This document shows, piece after piece, positions 17,358 through 25,702 of a stretch of DNA of 64,000 nucleotides. A model generated the notes under the pieces. The model was not told the DNA's origin. It searched no databases and was given only the letters and a program-made list of their open reading frames with translations. A program made the position numbers and the translations under genes. The DNA comes from Acidobacteriota bacterium. Its GTDB lineage: Bacteria; Acidobacteriota; Thermoanaerobaculia; Multivoradales; UBA5704. Numbering within the stretch: position 1 is the stretch's first letter; each line of letters opens with the position of its first letter. The stretch is taken from the NCBI GenBank assembly GCA_046765915.1, contig JBKPTH010000003.1:63524-127523 (forward strand). Reading direction: 5' to 3'.

Positions 17358-18805
17358 CATCCCTGACGGACCGGGTTGGAAAGGCTTTGAACCGCAAGAC
17401 CTACAGCGAGAGGCTGCAAGGCGTCCTGGCGGAGCTTTCGGAAGAGCGGAAAACGGACCTCCTGCACCTGCTGAGCTGCCCCGTCTGCCTGCCGGGTGCC
17501 CGCGAAAGCCTGCAACTCGCGCCCGGCCCTGACCTGCCCGAGCAGGCGCCGCCGGTGTACTCGGCGGAGTCCGGGGCTCTCCTCGCCGCGATGGAGGCCC
17601 GCGTGCCGGTCCTGGTGAAGCAGATGGAGGAGCAGAGGGCCGCGGCCCGGCGGCTTCTCGACGAGCTGCTGGCGCATCCGGCCGAGCGGCAGCTTGCGCT
17701 CGCCCGCAGCCCCGAGTTCGGCAGCCTCGATCTCGCCGACCTGCTTCTCGAGGAGAGCGCCGGAGCGCAGACAGACGATCCCGCGCGGGCCGAGGGCCTG
17801 GCCCGGCTGGCGCTGCCGATCCTCTATCAGCGCCATGCGGGAAAGGGTGCGGATCGGATCGCGGATCTGAAGGCCCGCGCCCTCGTTCTCCTGGGAAATG
17901 CCCGGCGCCTGCAAGGAGATCTCGAGGAAGCGGAGGCGCGGTTCCGGGAGGCGGCGTTTCACCTCACCGGTCCGCCCGACGGCATCGCGCGCGCCCTCTA
18001 CTGCCAGATGCTGGCCGCCTTGCGCCGGGACCAGCACCGGGAGGACGAGGCGATCGGATTGCTGTGGCGGGCGGCGCGGCTCTACGAGACGAACGGCGCC
18101 ATTCTCGATGCGGCGGCCTGCGCCGCCGAGCTGGGATTCCTCTATCTCGGGCAGGATCAGGTCCACGAAGCCTTCTGTCTCGCGGCAGCCGTCCCGTATC
18201 TGGATCTCTACCGCGACCTCCGGCTGGCCCTGCGGGCCCGGCTGGCGTTCGCCGTCGTCCAGGCGCGCCTCGGCTACAAATCGGCGGCGCGGAAATCAGT
18301 GGAGGAGGCGTGCCCGCTGTACTGCCACATCACCAGCTCGGCACAGATGGCGGAAGTGGCCTGGATGGAAGGCAAGGTGGCCCTGCTCACCGGTGACCGC
18401 GAAGACGCCGCGGCCCTGCTGGACACGGCGCGGCAGAGCTTCCTCTTGGTGGGGAACCTCTACGACGCGGCCCTCGCTTCGCTGGATCTCGTCCTGGCGT
18501 TTCCCAAGGCCCGCCGCCGTGCCGTGGAGGTGCACGCCCTGGTTCACGAGATCGTCGAGCGGTTCCCGGCGGGCCTGGACAGAGCCGAGGCCGTGAAGGC
18601 GTTGGCGGCCGTGGAGATGGCGGCCGCCGGCGTGGTGAAAGGAGGGTTCGAGGACGTGGTGGCCATGGCCGCCGAGCGGTTGCGCCGTGTCCGCCGCTAT
18701 CCGCAACTGCGCCTGCCGAGCCCGTTCCCGCCCTTCCACCCGCCGGCCCATGGAGCTGACGGTGAGAATCGCTCCGACTCAACGCTTGATCTCCGGAGGC
18801 CATGA
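17355..18805 (+). CDS. TPR-like helical-repeat protein co-transcribed with the XRE regulator.
   Basis: The start MTSLTDRVGK is preceded by AAGGAGG. 483 aa. Paralogous to 14884..16164. The long ORF-track entry 17072..18805 has an implausible upstream extension. Confidence 0.7.
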
Positions 18806-18836
18806 AGGCTTCCGGTGTTCCGAAAGGAGAAGCAGC

Positions 18837-19277
18837 ATGAACACGCAGACCGCAGTCGAACAGAAGACGCAGTACCCCGCCACGAAGCCCGGCACCGGCG
18901 ATCCCGCGGGCAGTGGCAGCGGGACCGGCGCCGGCGGCAACGGCACCGGTGGCCCCGGCACGCTGCCGGTGCCGGAGCAGCCGGGCGACGGCGAGCAGAA
19001 GCTCAAGTCCGAGCGGGTGCAGGAGGAGCTGAAGGCGATGGCCGGCTGGGCGCTGGCGCATGAGGAGCAGGCGGTCGAGAACGTGAAGACGTTCGCGACG
19101 CCGGGGCACGCCGGCCTCTACGGCGCCTTCGCGATCCAGTCCGCCGCCGCCAGCGGCTACCCGGTGACGGTGGGCCTCTCGGGCAACCAGGTGTGCGTCA
19201 CCGTTTTCGCGCCGGAGATCGACGGCTGCCTGGGCGAGGTGAGCTTGCCGGTGCTCGCCTTCGCGCGGCAGCTCTAG
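18837..19277 (+). CDS. Hypothetical protein (146 aa), Gly/Pro-rich N-terminal half.
   Basis: RBS AAAGGAGAAG then ATG. MNTQTAVEQKTQYPATKPGTGDPAGSGSGTGAGGNGTGGPGT... No signal peptide. Confidence 0.55.
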   Translation: MNTQTAVEQKTQYPATKPGTGDPAGSGSGTGAGGNGTGGPGTLPVPEQPGDGEQKLKSERVQEELKAMAGWALAHEEQAVENVKTFATPGHAGLYGAFAIQSAAASGYPVTVGLSGNQVCVTVFAPEIDGCLGEVSLPVLAFARQL

Positions 19278-19310
19278 AGAGGGTGAAAGCCCTCGGAAAG
19301 GAGAAGAACA

Positions 19311-19718
19311 GTGCCTAGCGTCAGCGCGTATGGCAAGGTCTTCCGCAAGTGGGAGAGAGTGGTCGGAGCCTGCAACGAGAACCTCAGCAAGCTGCCCGGT
19401 GTGGAGCCGATGAGGGACGAGGCCCTGGCCGTTCTCGAGGAGGCGAGAGCCCTCAAGATCCAGCAGGAGCAGCTCGAGGGCACCCGGAAAGCTGTGACGC
19501 AGCGGCTCAAAGGGCTCGTCGACGAAGGGTCGGTCAAGGTCCGCAAGCTCCAGTCCTTCGTCAAAGCCCATCTCGGTCCGCGCAACGAGCAGCTCCCGCA
19601 GTTCGGGGTTACTCCGGACCGGAAGCGGAGCGATCAGCCCAAGCGCAGCAAGAAGCCGGAAACCCCGGCTCCCGCACCAACCAACGATTCACCCGAAGCC
19701 GTCAAGGCGGCCGAATGA
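19311..19718 (+). CDS. Small basic hypothetical protein (135 aa); paralog of 19747..20106.
   Basis: GTG start with AGGAG 9 nt upstream. Shared block VKVRKLQSFVKAHLGPRNEQLPQFGVTP vs AIRLKCLVRAGFGRRDERLADFGMKP. Confidence 0.55.
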   Translation: MPSVSAYGKVFRKWERVVGACNENLSKLPGVEPMRDEALAVLEEARALKIQQEQLEGTRKAVTQRLKGLVDEGSVKVRKLQSFVKAHLGPRNEQLPQFGVTPDRKRSDQPKRSKKPETPAPAPTNDSPEAVKAAE

Positions 19719-19746
19719 GCCGGCTGCAGAAAGGAGGAAAGCTGTA

Positions 19747-20106
19747 ATGCCAAGGATAGGCATCAAACGCCGCGCCGAGCAGTGGAAAAGGCTGCTCGCC
19801 GCGGCCCGTGTCCATGAGATAGAGCTTCCCGTGATCGGTCCCTTCGCGGACGCGCTGGAAGAGTCTCTCGATGACGTGACCGCCACCCGGAAGCGGCAGG
19901 CGACCCTCAAGCGTCAGCAACAGGAGATCAGTCGGGAGCTCAGGGCCCACGTTTCTTCGGGCTCGGAAATGGCGATCCGGCTGAAGTGCCTGGTGCGGGC
20001 CGGTTTCGGCCGCAGGGACGAGCGGCTGGCCGACTTCGGAATGAAGCCCTTCGGCCTCTTCGCTCAGCCGGAAAGGAGGCAAAACGGCTCCCCCGGTTAC
20101 CACTAA
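19747..20106 (+). CDS. Small basic hypothetical protein (119 aa); paralog of 19311..19718.
   Basis: RBS AAAGGAGGAAAG then ATG. Confidence 0.55.
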   Translation: MPRIGIKRRAEQWKRLLAAARVHEIELPVIGPFADALEESLDDVTATRKRQATLKRQQQEISRELRAHVSSGSEMAIRLKCLVRAGFGRRDERLADFGMKPFGLFAQPERRQNGSPGYH

Positions 20107-20128
20107 GCGGCGAGCCTAGGCAGTAAGA

Positions 20129-20164
20129 GCCGGGGGCGTGTTGGAAGCACGCCCCCGGCGTTTT
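20129..20164 (+). terminator. Rho-independent terminator (GCCGGGGGCGTG-ttggaag-CACGCCCCCGGC + GTTTT).
   Basis: 12-bp perfect stem plus a T-run. A second palindrome GTTACC-tagaaa-GGTAAC at 20204..20221 probably serves the convergent minus-strand operon. Confidence 0.8.
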
Positions 20165-20423
20165 CCAGAGGAGCCTACACACATTATACCCCCAATAAAC
20201 TCAGTTACCTAGAAAGGTAACCGGGAGTTGATCATGCAAACCAACCGAGCTGCAGCGGGGCCGTGGCCACATGCTCGGCGAGGTCTGGACGGATTCTCAC
20301 TCGCCGATCTGGCTCCGGGCGATGATTTCCCTGATGCTCTGGGTACGCCGCATGGAGAAGGCAAGAAAGCTCGGGCAGCCGGTGGCCGGTCCGTTATGCG
20401 TTCTGACCGGGAGTCGCCGCGAG

Positions 20424-21428
20424 TCAGCCTGCTCCGCGCCGAACCGCGGCCCAGACCGCCCCCGCCAGTCCCGCTCCCGCCAGCGCCAGCAGGCCGCGGT
20501 GCGTCGTGGCCCAGAGCTGCGGGCTGTGGTCCGTGGCCCGGTCGTCGAAGCTGCCGTGGGCGCCGTGATCCCCCGGCACCGGCTCCCAGAGATTGTCGAG
20601 GCGGTGGGGGTCGGCGAGGCCGTCGTACTGCTGGGATTCGTAGCCGTGGCGCGCCAGGTAACGGTCGGCGAAGCCGGGAACGAGCTTGTTGCCGGCGATC
20701 GCCTTGACGGTAGGCCAGCCGACGTAGACCTCGCGGCGGCCGTGTCGCGCCGCCCACAGGATGGCGCGCGCCGCCACCTCCGGCTGGTAGATCGGCGGCA
20801 CCGGCTGCGGCTTCCTCGGCAGCCGGCTCTTCACCCAACCGAACTGCGGCGTGTTGAGCGCCGGCAACTGCACCATCGAGAGCCGCACGCGGCTGCCGTC
20901 GTGCAGCAGCTCGCTGCGCAGCGACTCGCAGAACCCCTGGATGGCGTGCTTGGCCGCGCAGTAGGCCGATTGCAGCGGGATGCCGCGGTAGGCGAGCGCC
21001 GAGCCCACCTGCACGATCGTGCCGCGATCGCGCGGCAGCATGCGGCGCAGCGCCGCGAGGGTGCCATAGACGGCGCCGAGATAGGTGACCTCGGTGACGC
21101 GCCGGTACTCTTCGGCCGTCATCTCCCGCACAGGGGAGAAGACGGAGGCCATGGCGTTGTTGATCCAGACGTCGATCGGTCCCAGCTCCTCCTCCACCTG
21201 CGCGGCGCCGAGCTCGACGAGGTCCGCCTGGGCCACGTCGAGCGGCAGCACGAGCGCGCGGCCGCCGAGCTCCTCGACCTCGCGGCGCGCCGCCTCCAGG
21301 CCGTCGCGGCCACGGGCGATCAAACCGATGTGAGCGCCGCGTTCGGCGAAGGCGCGGACCGTGGCGCGGCCGACGCCGGCGGAGGCGCCGGTGATAACAA
21401 CGACCTCGGGTTGTCTCGGTCTGGCCAT
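20424..21428 (-). CDS. Short-chain dehydrogenase/reductase (SDR) family oxidoreductase.
   Basis: [10 protein letters not shown] (cofactor-binding motif TGxxxGxG) and YCAAKHA (YxxxK). Start [16 protein letters not shown] with GGAGGTGA upstream. Confidence 0.85.
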   Translation of the reverse strand: MARPRQPEVVVITGASAGVGRATVRAFAERGAHIGLIARGRDGLEAARREVEELGGRALVLPLDVAQADLVELGAAQVEEELGPIDVWINNAMASVFSPVREMTAEEYRRVTEVTYLGAVYGTLAALRRMLPRDRGTIVQVGSALAYRGIPLQSAYCAAKHAIQGFCESLRSELLHDGSRVRLSMVQLPALNTPQFGWVKSRLPRKPQPVPPIYQPEVAARAILWAARHGRREVYVGWPTVKAIAGNKLVPGFADRYLARHGYESQQYDGLADPHRLDNLWEPVPGDHGAHGSFDDRATDHSPQLWATTHRGLLALAGAGLAGAVWAAVRRGAG

Positions 21429-21432
21429 GCGT

Positions 21433-22383
21433 TCACCTCCGCCGTTCATCCTGGCTCCGCTGGTTTCTCGACGACCTCGATCCCGCGAGGTTGGCCTGCA
21501 CCAGGAAAGAGAGGATCTGCCGCGTCGTCTCGAGGGAGAACCCGCGGTGCGGTAGGGCGCGCTCCGCGAGGGCGGTGCCGGTCAACAGTCGCCGCGCCCG
21601 CGGCATCAGCATTACAGCCGCATCCTCCGGGATGTTCTCTAAAGCATCGTAGCCGAGGGTCAGGGTCCGCAGTTTCTCCGCCCCCGGCTCTCCGGCCCAG
21701 ATGACGCGCGCCTTGGCTGCCCAGCGCGGATCGGTGCCGATGAAACAGACCGGCCGTTCGCTGAGCAGCTTCGTCACCTCGGCGCGGCGGCGCGGGTCGA
21801 GAGTGACGATGATGCAGGCCTTGCCGAGCCGGGCCGCGTATCGCCGGACCTCGCCGGCATGGAAGGAGGTCGAGACGAGCACGTCCGCTTGGCGCACGGG
21901 CAAGGGCGGCCCGGGCCGCAAGCGGTCGATCTCGACCGCCGCGCTCTCCAGGCCGAAGCCGATCTGGAGCTCCTGGCAGAGATAGTCGAGCTGATCCTGG
22001 TTGCACTCGATGCACGCGGCGCGCAGCCTGGCGGTGTCGAGGCAACGTCGCAGGCGCTCGGCGACTGCGGCCATCGGCAGCCCGCCGGCGAGCTCATTGA
22101 GGATGAATTCCGCGAGGCGATCGCCGAATCCCCGTAGCTGGTGACTTCGTGCCCGTGGCGACCGGCGGCCGGCGTAGAGACCGCCCCGCGGCCGGATCTC
22201 GAGCAGGCCATCCCATTCGAGCCCGCGCAGCGCGGCGACGACCGTCCGATAATCGGCCCCCATCTCGCGGGCGGTCTGGCGGGCGCTCCCGAGCCGGTCG
22301 CCGGGACGAAGCTGGCCCAGGTGCAGCCCGTTGGTCACGCGCTGGCGTAGACCCTCGCGAACCACTTCACGTCGGCTAGCCAT
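21433..22383 (-). CDS. GntR-family transcriptional regulator.
   Basis: The N-terminal winged HTH ([64 protein letters not shown]) is typical of GntR. The start MASRREV was chosen. The 475-aa ORF-track version has an implausible Arg-rich extension. Confidence 0.7.
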   Translation of the reverse strand: MASRREVVREGLRQRVTNGLHLGQLRPGDRLGSARQTAREMGADYRTVVAALRGLEWDGLLEIRPRGGLYAGRRSPRARSHQLRGFGDRLAEFILNELAGGLPMAAVAERLRRCLDTARLRAACIECNQDQLDYLCQELQIGFGLESAAVEIDRLRPGPPLPVRQADVLVSTSFHAGEVRRYAARLGKACIIVTLDPRRRAEVTKLLSERPVCFIGTDPRWAAKARVIWAGEPGAEKLRTLTLGYDALENIPEDAAVMLMPRARRLLTGTALAERALPHRGFSLETTRQILSFLVQANLAGSRSSRNQRSQDERRR

Positions 22384-22541
22384 GGTCCTCTGTCCTCGCA
22401 GGGGTGTCAGAGCGCCCGCGAAGCCCCTGCTGATGCATGCCGCTACCACGTCTCTTGCATATCGTGCACCAGCGTTGAACGGGGTGACCGGGCGAGGGCT
22501 TTCGCTTTCGTAGTGTAGCCGCCCCGAGGAGGTCGACTTCC

Positions 22542-23912
22542 ATGTCCAGCGCGCGGCCACGTCTCCTGCTCCCCTCCCTGCTGGTCGGCGGCAGCTTGCT
22601 CGCCTTCGCCAATCTCCAACGCCCGGAGAAAGCGGGGGCGCAAATCTCCCCCGCGGACGCCGTGCAGCCGGTGAGCGCCCATGCCAGGCAGCCGGAGCAG
22701 GACGCCCTGCAAGCGATCGCCAGGGGGCGCCAGACCTTCCGCCACGACACCTTCGGCGACGAGGCCTTCTGGGGCGGCACCCTACATCTCGACGAGGCGA
22801 TCGCGGGTGCTGCCAACGGCGGGGTCGGTCCGGGTCTCTCGCCGCGCAACGCCCTCGCACTCGGCCTGAAGGTGGACATCGCGGCGTTGCCGAGGAGCGT
22901 CCGTCGCCAGCTCGCGGCGGGGACCGTGAACCTCGACGATCCCGCGGTCACGCTCGTGCTCCTGCAGAGCAACGCGGTGGTCGGCGTCAGGGGGTTCTTC
23001 TCCGGCGGCACGCTCGCCTCGGTCGGTATCCAGTGCGCGCTGTGCCACTCGACCGTGGACGATTCCTTCGCGCCGGGGATCGGCGAACGGCGCGACGGCT
23101 GGGCGAACCGCGATCTCAATGTTGGAGCCATCGTGGCGTTGGCGCCGGACCTCTCCGTCCTCGCCTCCCTGCTCGGTGTGTCCCAGGATACCGTCCGGCA
23201 GGTTCTACGCTCGTGGGGCCCCGGCAAGTTCGACGCCGAGCTCATCCTCGACGGCAAGGCCTTCCAGGACCCGCCCGCGAACACCAAGTCCGCGGCCACG
23301 CTCATCCCGCCCGCCTTCGGGTTGGCGGGGGTCAACCTCCACACTTGGACGGGTTGGGGCTCGGTGACGCACTGGAATGCCTTCGTGTCGAACTTAGAGA
23401 TGCACGGCAAGGGAACGTTCTTCGACCCGCGGCTGGAGGACGCCGCGCAGTTCCCGATCGCGGCGGCCAACGACTTCGGCAACGTTCGCAATACGCCCGA
23501 CCTCATCACCGGCAAGCTTGCGGACCTGCACTTCTATCAGCTCGCCATCCGGGCGCCTGCGCCGCCGGCAAGCAGCTTCGATGCCGCGGCGGCGGCGCGG
23601 GGTCGCGCCCTGTTCACCGGCAAGGCGATGTGCGCGACCTGCCACGTTCCGCCACTGTTCACCGAGCCCGGCTGGAACATGCACCTGCCCTCGGAGATCG
23701 GGATCGACAGTTTCCAGGCCGATCGGGCGCCGGACCACCGCTACCGGACATCACCGCTGAAGGGCCTATGGACGCATACCAAGGGCGGCTTCTACCACGA
23801 CGGCAGGTTCGCCACCCTGCTCGACGTCGTCAATCACTACAACAGCTTCAAGGGTCTCGGTCTGACGGCACAGGAGAAGTCGGACCTCGTCGAGTACCTG
23901 AGGTCCTTATGA
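22542..23912 (+). CDS. Secreted di-haem c-type cytochrome (two CxxCH motifs), possibly di-haem oxidoreductase (DUF1111-like).
   Basis: Signal peptide. Haem-binding motifs CALCHS and CATCHV ~215 aa apart. 456 aa. Tandem paralog of the next gene. Confidence 0.7.
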   Translation: MSSARPRLLLPSLLVGGSLLAFANLQRPEKAGAQISPADAVQPVSAHARQPEQDALQAIARGRQTFRHDTFGDEAFWGGTLHLDEAIAGAANGGVGPGLSPRNALALGLKVDIAALPRSVRRQLAAGTVNLDDPAVTLVLLQSNAVVGVRGFFSGGTLASVGIQCALCHSTVDDSFAPGIGERRDGWANRDLNVGAIVALAPDLSVLASLLGVSQDTVRQVLRSWGPGKFDAELILDGKAFQDPPANTKSAATLIPPAFGLAGVNLHTWTGWGSVTHWNAFVSNLEMHGKGTFFDPRLEDAAQFPIAAANDFGNVRNTPDLITGKLADLHFYQLAIRAPAPPASSFDAAAAARGRALFTGKAMCATCHVPPLFTEPGWNMHLPSEIGIDSFQADRAPDHRYRTSPLKGLWTHTKGGFYHDGRFATLLDVVNHYNSFKGLGLTAQEKSDLVEYLRSL

Positions 23913-23926
23913 GGCGAGGAGGGAAG

Positions 23927-25273
23927 ATGATGCGATGGAAATTGTTTGGGACGTTGCTCGCCGCCGCCCTTCTGGTCATCGCCTGTTTGCCGGCCATGAA
24001 GGGGGTCCCGAAGAACCCGGCCGTGGAAGCTGAAAAGACGCGGGCCGGGCACGATGCCAGGATCGACGCCTACGCCGCCAAGCTGCTGCGTGAGGGGCGC
24101 GAGATCTTCCGCTACGACAGCTTCGGCAGCGAGGACTTCTGGGGCGGGCAGCTACGCCTGCACGAGGCGATCCTCGGTGAAAAGCAAGGCGGCGTCGGGC
24201 CTGGCCTGACCCCCAAGCAGGCGCTGAAGCTCGGCCTCAAGGTCGACGCCGGCCAGCTTCCCGAGATCCTCGCCAGGGCGATCTCCGAGGGCTCGGTGAG
24301 CCTCGACAATCCCGAGACCACGGTGGCGCTGTTGCGGGCTCACTCGGTCGTCGGCGTCAAGGCGATCCTGCGTGACGAGAAGGTGGTCAGCATCGGCATC
24401 ACCTGCGCCATCTGTCACTCGACGGTCGATGACTCGATCACGGCCGGCATCGGGGCCCGCCTCGACGGCTGGCCGAATCGCGACCTCGACATCGGGCAGG
24501 TGGCGGCGCTGGCGCCGAACCTGAAGCCCTTCGCCGATCTCCTCGGCATCAGCGAGGACAAGGTACGGCAGGTGTTTCGCAGTTGGGGGCCGGGCAAGTA
24601 CGACGCCGAGCTCAACCAGGACGGCAAGGCGATGCGGCCGGACGGCAAGTCGGCGGCGACCGTGCTGCCGGCCGCCTTCGGTCTTGCCGGCGTCAACCTG
24701 CACACCTACACCGGCTGGGGCTCGGTGACGCACTGGAACGCCTATGTCGCCAACACCCAGATGCACGGCAAGGGCACGTTCTTCGATCCTCGGCTGAACG
24801 ACCGCCGGCAGTTCCCGGTGGCGGCCAAGGCCGGTCACGGCAACATACGCAGCAACCCCGACATGATCACGTCGAAGCTCGCGGCGCTGCACTACTACCA
24901 GCTTTCGATCCCGGCACCGGAGCCGCCCAAGGATTCGTTCGACGCGGCAGCGGCAGCGCGGGGCAAGCTCGTCTTCGAGGGCAAGGGGCAGTGCGCCACC
25001 TGCCACGTGCCGCCGCTCTTCGTCGAGCCTGGCTGGCCCATGCACACTCCCGAGGAGCTGGGAATCGACGATTTCCAGGCGAGCCGCTCGCCCGACCGCC
25101 GCTATCGCACGACGCCGCTCCGCGGTCTCTTCGTCCGGGCCAAAGGCGGCTTCTACCACGACGGCAGGTTCGCGACGCTGGACGACGTCGTGAACCATTA
25201 CGACCGTCACCGCAAGCTGCGGCTTGCACCGGAGGAGAAGAAGGATCTGGTAGAGTACCTCAAGTCGCTGTGA
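23927..25273 (+). CDS. Secreted di-haem c-type cytochrome, tandem paralog.
   Basis: RBS GAGGAGGGAAG. Motifs CAICHS and CATCHV. ~60% identity to the upstream copy. Confidence 0.7.
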   Translation: MMRWKLFGTLLAAALLVIACLPAMKGVPKNPAVEAEKTRAGHDARIDAYAAKLLREGREIFRYDSFGSEDFWGGQLRLHEAILGEKQGGVGPGLTPKQALKLGLKVDAGQLPEILARAISEGSVSLDNPETTVALLRAHSVVGVKAILRDEKVVSIGITCAICHSTVDDSITAGIGARLDGWPNRDLDIGQVAALAPNLKPFADLLGISEDKVRQVFRSWGPGKYDAELNQDGKAMRPDGKSAATVLPAAFGLAGVNLHTYTGWGSVTHWNAYVANTQMHGKGTFFDPRLNDRRQFPVAAKAGHGNIRSNPDMITSKLAALHYYQLSIPAPEPPKDSFDAAAAARGKLVFEGKGQCATCHVPPLFVEPGWPMHTPEELGIDDFQASRSPDRRYRTTPLRGLFVRAKGGFYHDGRFATLDDVVNHYDRHRKLRLAPEEKKDLVEYLKSL

Positions 25274-25311
25274 GTTCTTTTTAGATGGTCAATGCACGAA
25301 AGGAGATCTAC

Positions 25312-25680
25312 ATGGCGAGCAAGGATGAGCAGGCCTATCAGATTCTCCGCATTGGCTTCACCGTCGCCCCGATCCTCGCCGGCCTGGACAAGTTCTTCAA
25401 CCTGCTTACCAACTGGGAGCAGTACCTCGCGCCCTTCATCCCGCGGATGCTGGGTATGAGCGCCAGCACCTTCATGATGATCGTCGGCGTGATCGAGATC
25501 GTGGCGGGTCTCGTGGTGTGGTTCAAGCCGCGCTTCGGCGGCTATCTGGTCATGGCGTGGCTGTGGGGCATCATCATCAACCTGCTGCTGATCCCCGGCT
25601 ACTACGATATCGCCCTGCGTGACTTCGGCCTGTCGCTCGGCGCCCTGGCCCTCGCCCGGCTCGCCGAGTCGAGGAGCTAG
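25312..25680 (+). CDS. Small polytopic membrane protein, DoxX-like (tentative).
   Basis: RBS AAAGGAG. 122 aa with 3-4 hydrophobic helices (ILRIGFTVAPILAGLDKFF..., IVGVIEIVAGLVVWF..., AWLWGIIINLLLIP). Confidence 0.5.
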   Translation: MASKDEQAYQILRIGFTVAPILAGLDKFFNLLTNWEQYLAPFIPRMLGMSASTFMMIVGVIEIVAGLVVWFKPRFGGYLVMAWLWGIIINLLLIPGYYDIALRDFGLSLGALALARLAESRS

Positions 25681-25702
25681 CCTTCGCGCCCTCGCGCCCG
25701 CT

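Noticed and set aside
20228-21704. Plus-strand ORFs (159 aa, 477 aa) opposite the SDR gene
   Set aside because: They are antisense to the SDR with its intact TGxxxGxG / YxxxK motifs and RBS. They are compositional artefacts.
21433-22860. 475-aa version of the GntR gene and 21446..22045 alternative ORF
   Set aside because: The upstream 160 codons are Arg/Pro-rich with no RBS. The GntR winged-helix begins right after MASRREV (22383), which has a plausible RBS.
22376-23515. 379-aa minus ORF, 23033..25273 746-aa plus ORF and 24152..25210 minus ORF
   Set aside because: They are wrong-frame or antisense to the di-haem cytochrome paralogs, whose frame is fixed by the CxxCH motifs and mutual similarity. 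The 746-aa ORF merely runs in through the intergenic gap. The true start is at 23927 with an RBS.
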